From: Vulcanimicrobiota bacterium
Lineage (GTDB): Bacteria > Vulcanimicrobiota > Vulcanimicrobiia > Vulcanimicrobiales > Vulcanimicrobiaceae
Assembly: GCA_963711625.1 (NCBI GenBank)
Contig: OY970207.1
Location: 2,914,029-2,978,028, forward strand
Reading direction: 5' to 3'
DNA length: 64,000 nucleotides
Shown: one piece after another, positions 32,288 to 41,581 of the stretch
Layout of the letters: every line of letters begins with the position of its first letter
How positions within the stretch are numbered: the stretch's first letter is position 1
Translations under genes and position numbers: made by a program
The notes under the pieces: model-generated
Databases searched by the model: none
Told to the model about the DNA's origin: nothing
The model's input: the letters and a program-made list of their open reading frames with translations, nothing else

Positions 32288-32807
32288 GCCCTTGCTTCCG
32301 TTGTAGTTTGTCGCGCCGCAGATCGGCGCGCGGATCGTATTCTAGGTTTGCCGACTTGATCGTCGCCATCGGCAGCAGCAGTTCGCCGCGTTTCGGTTTC
32401 CACGACCACGGCCTCGCCCCGCAGGCCGCGCAGCACGCCGCGATGCGTCTTACCGCCGTTGACCGTGAGCGTGGTGAGCGACGCGAACTCGCTCGCCGGC
32501 TAAATCGCTCGTAATCCGCCGGACGTAGAAGCGGTCGGTCCAGACCAGCCGATTCGACTTCGAGCGTATATGGCGCGTCGAGCTCGCCGAGCGTGCCGGC
32601 GATGCGTGCTGCAACGCGTTCGCAGAGCGCGAGATCGGCGCCGCCGGGACGGTCGATCGTCACGCGCAGCTCGGTCGTTCCGCGCACCGGCCGCGCGTGA
32701 TGCGCCACGATTTCCAATCCCGGAAAGTGCGCGTCGTGCACGATCGCGTCCAGCTCCCGTTCGAACGAAACGGCAACCGCCGCACCGCCCCTCGACCCGC
32801 TTTTCAT
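32259..32807 (-). CDS. rimP: ribosome maturation factor RimP (at least one frame break)
   Basis: From the ATG at 32805-32807: ...LEIVAHHARPVRGTTELRVTIDRPGGADLALCERVAARIAGTLGELDAPYTLEVESAGLDRPL...GEAVVVETKRGELLLPMATIKSANLEYD. It lies directly upstream of nusA. Confidence 0.75.
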   Translation of the reverse strand: MKSGSRGGAAVAVSFERELDAIVHDAHFPGLEIVAHHARPVRGTTELRVTIDRPGGADLALCERVAARIAGTLGELDAPYTLEVESAGLDRPLLRPADYERFSRRASSRRSPRSRSTAVRRIAACCAACGARPWSWKPKRGELLLPMATIKSANLEYDPRADLRRDKLQRKQGHGNGRKHGN

Positions 32808-32887
32808 GTTGCTGCCTTGGCCTGCTCTCTGAAGCAGCGAAGCGCGGGACCTGCCCACGCTCCTTGAAGAAACCACATCAAGGATAG

Positions 32888-32933
32888 CTAAAACGGCGAC
32901 GGGCCGCAACCCCTCGTGGGCGCGACCCCTCGC
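32888..32933 (-). terminator. intrinsic terminator/attenuator hairpin inside the rimP leader
   Basis: Minus-strand RNA reads GCGAGGGGUCGCG-CCCACGAGGGGUUG-CGGCCCGUCGC (about 12 bp with one mismatch), followed by CGUUUUAGC. It ends about 80 nt before the rimP ATG. Confidence 0.45.
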
Positions 32934-33110
32934 TCTGTTTGCCTATCTTGCGATCGGCGCGCCGCCGGAATATCGTCCGGCTGCCGTGGGCGCGCTCCAG
33001 GCGGCCCGTTACTCGGCGCGTGCGTCGCGGGCCCGATGGCCCGGTGGATTTTGCGGTTCCAACCGCCCTCCTTCGTGTTTTGACGAAGCGTGCCGGCCTC
33101 TCCGGCACAC
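32888..33110 (-). promoter_or_regulatory. about 220-nt structured leader RNA (or small RNA) between a strong promoter and the attenuator upstream of rimP-nusA-infB
   Basis: The predicted transcript starts with the hairpin GUGCCGG-AGAGG-CCGGCAC (33090-33108). Further hairpins are CUUCGU-CAAAACA-CGAAG, GCGGUU-GGA-AACCGC and GCCGGA-CGAUAU-UCCGGC. No convincing ORF is present. Confidence 0.5.
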
Positions 33111-33114
33111 TGAA

Positions 33115-33143
33115 ATTCTAGTGCGACAAATGTCGAAATTCAA
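33115..33143 (-). promoter_or_regulatory. sigma-70-type promoter driving the rimP leader
   Basis: Minus strand reads TTGAAT (33143-33138), 17 nt (ttcgacatttgtcgcac), TAGAAT (33120-33115). This is a near-consensus match in an AT-rich pocket of a GC-rich genome. Confidence 0.65.
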
Positions 33144-33160
33144 GGGGGAAAGCCCGCAGG

Positions 33161-34572
33161 TTACGGCGACGAAGCGGGCGACGGAACGAACGGCACCAAA
33201 AGGCGTCCGTCGCACGGTTGCGAGACCATGCCGTCGACGATCGGTGCCAGGCCGGCCGCAAACGGAGACAGCGGCGTGTTGGCGTGGCCACCTCCGCCGC
33301 CGATCGTGATCTGGGTCCCGTTCGCCGGGCCCGAGTGCACGCTGTTCTGCACGTTGGATCCGCCCGGAGCGTCGGCGTAGCCACCGCGTTCGGCTTGTGG
33401 ATAACGCACCAGCCAGCCGGTGCAGATCGTCGTCGGGCCCGCCTTGCGCGCGGCGATCACCCACATCTTCACTCGCGCTCGCCGCCGGTTCCGTGGACCT
33501 CGTAGATGTATTTCGTCTGCGCCAGTACGTCGGGCGGCGGCGTCGGCTCGAGCCTGCCGCGCAGCGAGTACGACGGCGAGTACTGACTTGCTCGTCGGGT
33601 TTACCGGGTTGTTCGGAAGCATGGCGCGCAGCTTGGCGTTGATGTTCGGGCATTCTGCGACTTGGGCGCGGCGGTGGCTGCAGCTTCGGGCGTCGGACGG
33701 ATCTCGACCGGACGCGCCGGCGATCGCACGCTCTTCTGCGCGCTGCCCGGCCGCGGGCCCGGCGAGGCGCCGCCGCTCGGTCCAGGACTCGGCGCCGTGC
33801 CGGCCGTGCGCGCCACCGCCGTGGTGCTGGTCGGGCTGGGGTTCGGGACACCCGCGCGTGCCGCGGGCGGCACCGATGCGCGAGCGGCCGGTGCCGCGGT
33901 CGAGCGGGGTGCGGCCGTGGCGCGGGCGACCGCCGCGGCCGTCGGCGACGCTTGCGGCATGGCCGGCGCGGGCGTCACGGCGCGCGCAGTCGGCCGTACG
34001 AGCGGCGCGGGCGGCTTGGGCGACGGGCGCGCCGACGGCGCGCTCGTGGGCACCGGCGACGGCGCTGCCGTGGGCGGCGGCTTCACCGCCACCGCCACCG
34101 GCGCGACGGTCGGAACGTTGACCGGCGCCGCCGGCACCTCGGGATTGGGCCGCGTTTCGAAGATGTTGTCCGTCGGCTGCGGGTTGGGCTGCGGCGTCTG
34201 CTGCGGCAGCGGGCGTGGATTGGGCGGCGCGCTCGGCACGATCTTCGCCAGTTCGTGACGGTTGACGGGCAGCCGCTGCGCCTGCGGCTGCGCGAGCGGC
34301 GCGTGGCGCGGCGGCGCGACGACGCGGACGTGCGGCACCGGCTGCGTCGCGCGCACCGCGGCCGGTTGGTTGGCGACGACCACGGGCGAGGTTCGCTCGA
34401 TCGTGACGATCTCGCCGCCCTGCACGCTCTCGGTGGCCCCTTGCTCCGACGAGCTCACGAGCACCGAGAACAGCAACGCAGCGAGCAGCGCGTGGAAAAG
34501 CAACGACGCGAGGAAGCTACCCGCCAGTCGTTCCGGATATCGGCGGTCCTTCGGATCGCGCTCGAACTTCAC
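33161..34572 (-). CDS. membrane-anchored Pro/Ala-rich protein with a TonB-like N-terminus and an unrecognised C-terminal domain (about 2 frame breaks near 33480 and 33610)
   Basis: [39 protein letters not shown]. About 270 aa of PxP-rich spacer. The C-terminal ~120 aa read by frame hopping: ...[50 protein letters not shown]...[60 protein letters not shown]... Confidence 0.55.
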
Positions 34573-34642
34573 GGCGAGAACTTAAGTGCGCTTAATCGAG
34601 CGCAGGAGCCTGCCGTTGCGGACGCACAAGGCAGCGCGCGTG

Positions 34643-36079
34643 ATGGAACCCATTTTACAAAAGCGCACGAAGATCGTTGCCACCGTCGGGCCCGCCTCGC
34701 GCGATCCGGCGATCCTCCGCTCGTTGTTCGTTTCGGGCGCGAACGTCTTGCGCCTGAACTTCTCGCACGGCAAACCCGAGGAGCACGCCGAGGTCATCGC
34801 TGCGGCGCGCGCGATCTCCGCCGAACTGGGAATCCACACCGCCATTTTGCAGGATCTTCCCGGCCCGAAAGTCCGCACCGGGCCGCTGGCCGGCGGCGCC
34901 GCGTCCGTGCGCCTCGAACGCGGCGCGCGATTCGTCATCACGACCGAGCCGGTCGAGGGCACGGCCGAGCGCGTCAGCACCACGTACCGGGACCTGCCCG
35001 CCGACGTCGCCATCGGCCAGCGGCTCTACCTGCAAGACGGACAGATCGCCGTGCTGATCGTCGGCAAGAACGCGACGGAGATCGAGACGACGGTCGAGTT
35101 CGGCGGCCAGCTGCGCCCGTCGCAAGGCATCAACTACTCCGACGGCTCGCTCAACATCCCATCGGTCACCGATCTCGACCTGACCTATCTGGAGTTCGGG
35201 CTGCGAGCACGACGTCGACTACGTCGCGCTGTCGTTCGTCCGCTCGGCCGAGGACGTGGAGCGCGTCGAAGGCGTTCATCGCAGAGCGCGGCAAGCGCGT
35301 GCCGGTGATCGCAAAGATCGAGAAGCACGAGGCGCTCGCCGAGCTCGACGCCATCATCGCCGCGGCCGACGGCATCATGGTCGCCCGCGGCGACCTCGGC
35401 ATCGAGATCCCGATCGAGACCGTGCCGATCGCGCAGAAACAGATCATCGCGAAGTGTAACCGCGCGAGCAAGCCGGTGGTGACGGCGACGCAGATGCTCG
35501 AGTCGATGATCGCGTCGCCGCGGCCGACGCGAGCCGAGGCAACCGACGTTGCGAACGCGATCTTGGACGGCACCGATGCCGTGATGCTGTCGGCTGAGAC
35601 GGCGCTGGGCGCGTATCCGACCGAGGCCGTGCGGATGATGGCGCAGATCGCCCGCGAGGTAGAACAGCATTATCCGCACGCGTCGCTGCGCGACCGCCGG
35701 CTCGAGAACTTCGCGCCGACGATCGCCTCCTCGATCGCCGAGGCGGCGACGCGCGTCGAGCACGGAGCTGAAGATCCCCTACATCGTCACCGGGACCACG
35801 ACCGGAAACACGGCGCATCACATCGCGGCGTTTCGGCCGAGCGCGCGGATCGTCGCGCTGACGCCCGACCCGCGCGTCGCGCGCCGGCTCGCGCTCCTGT
35901 GGGGCACCGAGTCGCTGCTGATCGATTCGTACGCGTCGATCGACGTTCTGCTCTACATGACCGAACGGCAGATGGTGCGCGAAGGCCTCGTGCGGTCGGG
36001 CGATCTCATCGCATTCACGACGGGAATGCCCGTGGGTTCCGGCGGCACCAACGTGCTCAAGATCCACCAGATCCCCTAG
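34643..36079 (+). CDS. pyk: pyruvate kinase (frame breaks near 35207, 35270 and 35765)
   Basis: [116 protein letters not shown]-terminus ...[12 protein letters not shown]. Confidence 0.85.
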
Positions 36080-36080
36080 G

Positions 36081-37759
36081 CTATCGCCGAACCGCCTGCA
36101 GTAGGGCGCGCGCGTGGCGCATGGCGGCGTCGTGCGACTCGCCCGAGAGCATGCGCGCGATTTCGGCCTCGCGATCCTTGGCGCCGGAGATCTCGCGCAC
36201 GACGATCGACGTCTCGCGCTTGCGCTCGATCTTATCGAGCACGTAGTGGCGCTGCGCCCACGTCGCCAGCTGAGCGAGGTGCGTCACGCATACCACTTGG
36301 CCGCGCCGCGCCAGCTCGCCAAGCCGCGCGCCGACCGCGGTGGCCGTGGCGCCCGCCGATGCCGGCGTCGATCTCGTCGAACACGAGCGCGGACCGCGCG
36401 TCGCGCGCACCTGCAAGCCCGACGATCAGCGCGAGCAGCACGCGCGACAGCTCGCCGCCCGACGCGACGCGTCCGAGCGGCCGCACCGGCTCGCCGGCAT
36501 TCGCCGCAAAGAGAAACTCGACGCGCTCCGCGCCTGCCGGACCGATGCGCTCGAGCGTTTCGGTCGCGACCTCGAAGCGCGCCGACGCCAGCGCGAGGTC
36601 GCCGAATTCGCCCGCGATGCGTCTGGCCAGCGCCGTGCCCGCCTTTGCACGCAGCGCGCTCAACGCCGATGCGGCGGTGTTCAGCTCGCGCGCCGCTGCC
36701 TGCGCCGCCACCGTGAGCTCGGCGACGCGCCGATCGCGACCCTCGTACTCTTCGACGAGTTCGCGCGCCCGGCGCGCGGCGTCGAGCACGCCGTCGAGCG
36801 ATCCGCCGTACTTGCGCTTCAGTCGCTCGACCAGCTCGAGGCGTGCGTTGATCGCTTCGAGCTCGGCCGGATCGTACTCCGCCGTGTCGAGCGCGCCGCG
36901 CGACGTCGGCCGCGAGGTCTACCGCATCGGCTTGAAGTGCGCCCGCGCGCACCGACATGTCGCGCAGCCGTTCGTCGAACTTCGCGACGCCGGCGAGCGC
37001 CGCGCCGGCGTCGCCGAGCGCCCCCGTCGCACCGCCGTCGTCGGCGGCGAGCGCTTGACGCGCGGCGTGCAGCGCCGAGGCGATGCGTTCGACGTTGTCG
37101 AGAAACGCGCGGCGTTCGTTGAGGCGTTCTTCCTCGTCGGGCTCGAGACGCGCATCGTCGATTTCGCGCGCGGCGAAGAGCGCGTCGTCGTAGCGCTCGC
37201 GGCCGCGGCGCTCGTCGGCCGTCAGGCGCGCCAGCGCGTCGGCGCTCGACCGCGCCAGCTCGTACGCTCGCGCGACCGCGCCGCGCGCGCGCAACGCCGC
37301 GTCGCCGGCAAACCGGTCGAGCAACTCGAGATGATAGCTCGGCGCGAGAAGCTGCTGTGCTTCGTGCTGGCCGACGATCTCGACGACGGCGTCGCGCAGT
37401 TCGCGCAGCGTAACCGGCCGTCGAAGGGCGCCCGTTGACGCGCACGCTCGATCGGCCGGCATCGCTCATCTCGCGCGACACGGTGGCGCCCTCGCCCGGA
37501 TCGAGCTCGAAGCCGTCGCCGGCAGAGCCGCGCGAGCAGCGATTCGTCGGCGTCGAACTCGAGCGTCACGAGCGCGCGGCGCGCTCCGCGCCGCACGACG
37601 TCCGCGCCCGCACGGCCCCCGAGTGCGAAGTCGAGTGCCCCAAGCAGCATCGTCTTGCCGGAGCCCGTCTCACCGCGTGAACATCGTCGCGCCGCCGGCG
37701 AACTCGACGTCGGCGCGTTCGATCAGGCCATAACTCTCGATCACCAGCCGGCGCAGCAT
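36081..37759 (-). CDS. recN: DNA repair protein RecN (at least five frame breaks)
   Basis: [20 protein letters not shown]...[21 protein letters not shown] (Walker A). Long coiled-coil middle. [18 protein letters not shown] (signature). [12 protein letters not shown] (Walker B). [23 protein letters not shown]. Confidence 0.8.
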
Positions 37760-37778
37760 TCGGTCCTACGCGGAGCTT

Positions 37779-38619
37779 TTAACGCCGGGGATCCTTGATG
37801 GAAACGCCCCACAGCATCTTCTCCTCCAAGCCGGTCGAGGAAGTGCAGCGGTGCCGTCCGCGCAAAGTAGACCCGCTTCGGGTGGCAGCGGATCACGACG
37901 CTCGAGTCGGGCGCGATCTGGCTGAGCACGTCGCCGTCGCACTCTAAGTGCGCCTGGGCGCTCTCGGAGTCGCTAGACGATCTCGATGCGCGACCGCGTC
38001 GGAACGATCAACGGTCGCGAGAACAGCGTGTGCGGCAGGAGCGGCACGACGCCGAACGCGTCGACGCTCGGAGCGATCAGCGACCCGCCGGCCGACAGGA
38101 AGTACGCCGTCGATCCCGGTCGGCGTCGCGACGCAGATGCCGTCGGCAGCGATGCGCGTGATTGCGCCGTCGTCCACTCGCAGCCCGAACGGAACGATGC
38201 GGGAGACCTCGCCCTTACGCACGACGACGTCGTTGAGCGCGAAGAACCGGCGCTCGCCGTACTCGGCTTCGAGCGCGGTGCGCTCGTCGATGAAGAGCCC
38301 TCGCTCCACGAGCGCGGGCAGGTCGCGAAGGTGGGGGTCGTCCTCGTCGAGCTCGGTGAGAAAGCCCAGGCGTCCGGTGTTGATGCCGAGGAGCGGGACG
38401 TCGCCTTCGACCGCCACGCGCGCGGCGCGCAGCAGCGTTCCGTCGCCGCCGACCGTGATCAGCAGCGGCGCGGCCGATGCGAGCCGCGCCGTCGATCACG
38501 TCGAAGCCCGCGTCACGAAAATCCGTGGCGACTCTGGTCGCGATGGCGCGCGCGTGCTCGCGCGACGTGTCGACGTACAGGGCGACGATCTTCTTTGAAA
38601 GGGCGAGCGTGGCCGTCAT
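37779..38619 (-). CDS. nadK: NAD kinase (several frame breaks)
   Basis: MTATLALSKKIVALYVD..., LLITVGGDGTLLRAAR (my translation), PLLGINTGRLGFLTE, ALNDVVV, ADGICVATPTGSTAY (my translation). C-terminus ...FLDRLEEKMLWG. The ATG overlaps the tlyA stop (ATGA). Confidence 0.75.
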
Positions 38620-39413
38620 CGTTCTGCCCTCTTCGTCGAGCGACCGCCTCGAGTCGTGCGTCGTCGAACGGGTGTGCCGCTCCGCCGCAGCTCCATCAGA
38701 AACTCACGGTTGCCGGCCGGTCCGAGCAGGGGCGATCCGGCGAGGGACACGCGGGACGAGGCCGAGCGCCTCGGCGGCGGCGCGCATCTCGCGCAGCACG
38801 TCGCGGTGGACCGCCCGGTCGCGCACCACGCCGCCGCCGCCCAGGCGTCGACCGTCCGGCCTCGAACTGCGGCTTGACGAGCGCGACGACGACGCCGTCC
38901 TTGCGCAAGTAGCGCGGCGGCGCGCGCGAGGATCGTGCGCAGCGAGATGAACGACGCGTCGATCGACGATGACGTCGAATCCCTCGGCGAACGCGTCGTC
39001 GGGCAGGAGCCGGAAGTTCGTGCGCTCCATCACGCGTCACGCGCGGGTCGTTGCGCAGCCGCCAGTCGAGCTGACCGTAGCCGACGTCGAGCGCCGTCAC
39101 GCGCCGCCGCGCCGCGCTGCAGCAGACAGTCGGTGAAGCCGCCGGTCGACGCGCCGACGTCGAGCGCCTCGCGACCGCGCACGTCGATGCCGAACTCTTC
39201 CAGCGCGCGCTCGAGCTTTTCGCCGCCGCGGCTGACGAAGCGGCGCGGCCGCTCGATCTCGATCCGCGCCTCGGGGGCCACGCTCTGCCCCGCCTTCATG
39301 GCCACAACGCCTTCAACGCGTACGCGACCCTCCATGATCAGGCTGCGCGCCTGCGAGCGCGTGATACCGTCGCGCTGCGCGACCGCCTCGTCAAGGCGGC
39401 GCGCCTTCAGCAT
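38616..39413 (-). CDS. tlyA: TlyA-family rRNA 2'-O-methyltransferase (about 3 frame breaks)
   Basis: S4 domain RRLDEAVAQRDGITRSQARSLIMEGRVRV. FVSRGGEKLERALEEFGIDVRGREALDVGASTGGFTDCLLQRGA. ALDVGYGQLDWRLRNDPRV. VALVKPQFEAG. GNREFL. Confidence 0.8.
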
Positions 39414-40063
39414 CCGGCGAGCAGCTCGATGTAGACGAGGCGGCCGCCTTTGAACGCAAAATTCTGATACTGGCCACACGCATTCTTGGCATCCGACGGG
39501 TTCCCGTGGATCGTCGTGTACGACAGCATCTCGACGCCGGCGCTCCCCGGCACGGAATGCGGCGACGTGCGTCCGTAGAGGCCGAGCACCGCCGCCCGCG
39601 TCATTCCCAGCGCGACGCCGCGGGCCGTGCGCGCGAGCCCAAGACTCGCGGAGCGAACGCTCATCGGCGGCGCACCCACTCCCGACGCGAGGATCGTCGT
39701 CCTCTCCGCGCAGCACCCTTCCTGATAGAGCACGACCTTGCGGCCGGCGTCGAATACGACGTGGCCTTTCGTCGGCCCGGCCGGCCCGTATTCGAAGGCC
39801 GTTCCATTCGCGAGTTCCGGGCAACCGCGCGCTGCGAAGGAGAAATCGTGGTACGGCGTGGGCGAGCTCACCGGCGTGGCGCCGCAGATGAAGTAATCGT
39901 ACGCGTGCGACCACGAGGCCTGTCCTTTGCTCGACGGTTCGAAGCCCTGTCCGATCCGTGGCAGCCACGGCCGCAGCGCCGCGTTGCGATCGCCGGTCGG
40001 CGCCGCCTCCACGAGGGCGCACGTTAGGACGAGTGCGATCGCAGCCGTAACGAACCGAAGCAT
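39407..40063 (-). CDS. secreted Cys-containing hypothetical protein
   Basis: Intact ORF from the ATG at 40061-40063. Signal peptide MLRFVTAAIALVLTCALVEAAP. I recognise no family. Coding-like composition, tightly packed between xseB and tlyA. Confidence 0.55.
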   Translation of the reverse strand: MLRFVTAAIALVLTCALVEAAPTGDRNAALRPWLPRIGQGFEPSSKGQASWSHAYDYFICGATPVSSPTPYHDFSFAARGCPELANGTAFEYGPAGPTKGHVVFDAGRKVVLYQEGCCAERTTILASGVGAPPMSVRSASLGLARTARGVALGMTRAAVLGLYGRTSPHSVPGSAGVEMLSYTTIHGNPSDAKNACGQYQNFAFKGGRLVYIELLAGC

Positions 40064-40092
40064 TATTTCTCTACCCACGTTCGCGTTTGCGC

Positions 40093-40305
40093 CTAGAAGG
40101 GGATTTGCTTGGCCCCTGGTTCGCCCATCGCTTCGTCGATCTGCGTCTGCGCGCTCTTGAGCAGCGCCTCGCATTCGCGCGCGAGCACCTTGCCTTCTTT
40201 GAACAGCGCGATGGCCCGATCGAGCTTGGTGTCGGGGTTTTCGAGTTCTTTCACGATCGCGTCGATGCGATCGAGCTTCGCCTCGAAGTCGGCGCTGTCA
40301 CTCAT
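40093..40305 (-). CDS. xseB: exodeoxyribonuclease VII small subunit
   Basis: MSDSADFEAKLDRIDAIVKELENPDTKLDRAIALFKEGKVLARECEALLKSAQTQIDE is a typical XseB. The start overlaps the xseA stop. Confidence 0.85.
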   Translation of the reverse strand: MSDSADFEAKLDRIDAIVKELENPDTKLDRAIALFKEGKVLARECEALLKSAQTQIDEAMGEPGAKQIPF

Positions 40306-41581
40306 CGTGCACCACCCGTTCGACGGTCGCCCCGAGCCTCCCGTGAAAGAGCTGCGCCTCAACCGAGTCGCCGACGGATACGTCGCGCGCGTCGCGAACG
40401 GCCCGGCCCGCCAGCGTCACGATCGCGTACCCTCGTTCGAGCGGAGCGTTCGGATCGAGCGACAGCAGCCGGCTCCGCGCGAGCGCGAGCGCGCTGCTTC
40501 GCGCCGAGAGAAGGCGGTCGCGCGCGGCGGCGATCTTTAGCAGCGTCGCCGTGAGACGTGTCTGACGCGAGCCGAGCCGGTGACGTGGATTCTGCCGCTC
40601 GATGCGATTCTGCAGCAGCAGAAGGCTCCGCGTCGAGCGCGACAGGTGGCGATCGATGGTGTGGTCGAGCTCCTGATCGGCGCGATCGCGGCGCTGCGCC
40701 TGTCGCGCCATCGTGCGATCGATCGCCGTCGCGAGCCGCTCGCGCTGCCGGGCCAGTCGTCCGGTCACCTCGACCCACGCGCCCGCGATGTACTCCGCCG
40801 CGGCCGTCGGCGTCTTGAAGACGGCGTCTGCCACCTCGTCGGCGAGGTGCGAGTCGCCGGTGTGGCCGATCGCCGTCACCACCGGATGGCGCGAGCGAAC
40901 GATCGCGCGCACTACCGGCTCGGTGTTGAAAGGATAACGGTCCTCGTACGATCCGCCGCCACGCAGCAGGATGATCGCGTCCACGTCTTCACGCGACGCG
41001 CGGTCGATCGCCTCGGCGATGTCGATCTCGGCGCCCTCGCCTTGGACCCGCGTCTCCACGAAGCGCACCGTTACGTTCGGCGACTTCTCCCGGAGCGTGG
41101 TTTCGAAGTCGTCGGCGCCCTTGCCGCGTGCCGAGACCAGTGCGACGCGGCGGGGGAAGCGCGCGAACTCCCGCTTGCGCGCGCGCTCGAACAGTCCCTC
41201 GGCCTGCAGCCGTTTGCGAAGCGCCTCGACCTTCGCGGCGATCGCACCGACGCCGCGCAGCTCGATCGCCAAGACGCGCAGCTGATACTCACTCGTGCGC
41301 TCCCAGATCCCGATCGCGCCCGTCGCGACGACGGCGGCCCCGTTTCGAAGCGGCGGCAGCTTCTTGGCGTCGTTCCAGTAGACGAAGCACTTCAGGATCG
41401 CGTGGTCGTCCTTCAGGCTAAAGAAAACGTTGCCGTTCGGCTGCGGCTTCCAGCCGGAGATCTCACCCGCGATCGCGATGCGCGCCAACTCCGGACGCCG
41501 CTCGAGCCAGCGCCGAAGCCGATCGGAGAACTGCGAGACTGTGAGCGTGAGGATCCGCTGGGGATCCTCGAACAGCGTCAC
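40298..41581 (-). CDS. xseA: exodeoxyribonuclease VII large subunit
   Basis: Intact frame. LTVSQFSDRLRRWLE...IAGEISGWKPQPNGNVFFSLKD (OB fold). RVALVSARGKGADDF, IILLRGGGSYEDRYPFN, PVVTAIGHTGD, LERGYAIV. The GTG at 41579-41581 overlaps the PBP stop (GTGA). Confidence 0.85.
   Translation of the reverse strand: MTLFEDPQRILTLTVSQFSDRLRRWLERRPELARIAIAGEISGWKPQPNGNVFFSLKDDHAILKCFVYWNDAKKLPPLRNGAAVVATGAIGIWERTSEYQLRVLAIELRGVGAIAAKVEALRKRLQAEGLFERARKREFARFPRRVALVSARGKGADDFETTLREKSPNVTVRFVETRVQGEGAEIDIAEAIDRASREDVDAIILLRGGGSYEDRYPFNTEPVVRAIVRSRHPVVTAIGHTGDSHLADEVADAVFKTPTAAAEYIAGAWVEVTGRLARQRERLATAIDRTMARQAQRRDRADQELDHTIDRHLSRSTRSLLLLQNRIERQNPRHRLGSRQTRLTATLLKIAAARDRLLSARSSALALARSRLLSLDPNAPLERGYAIVTLAGRAVRDARDVSVGDSVEAQLFHGRLGATVERVVHDE

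Noticed and set aside
32950-33080. ZTP (pfl) riboswitch-like core in the rimP leader: GGCGG..GGUUGGA-loop-UCCACCGGG followed about 35 nt later by CCGCCUGG.
   Set aside because: The resemblance rests on two short words recalled from memory. The spacing around the first helix differs, the last conserved positions read GGAGC rather than GGGCA, there is no clear P1, and the downstream genes (rimP-nusA-infB) are not a known ZTP regulon. It should be tested by cmscan but is not claimed.
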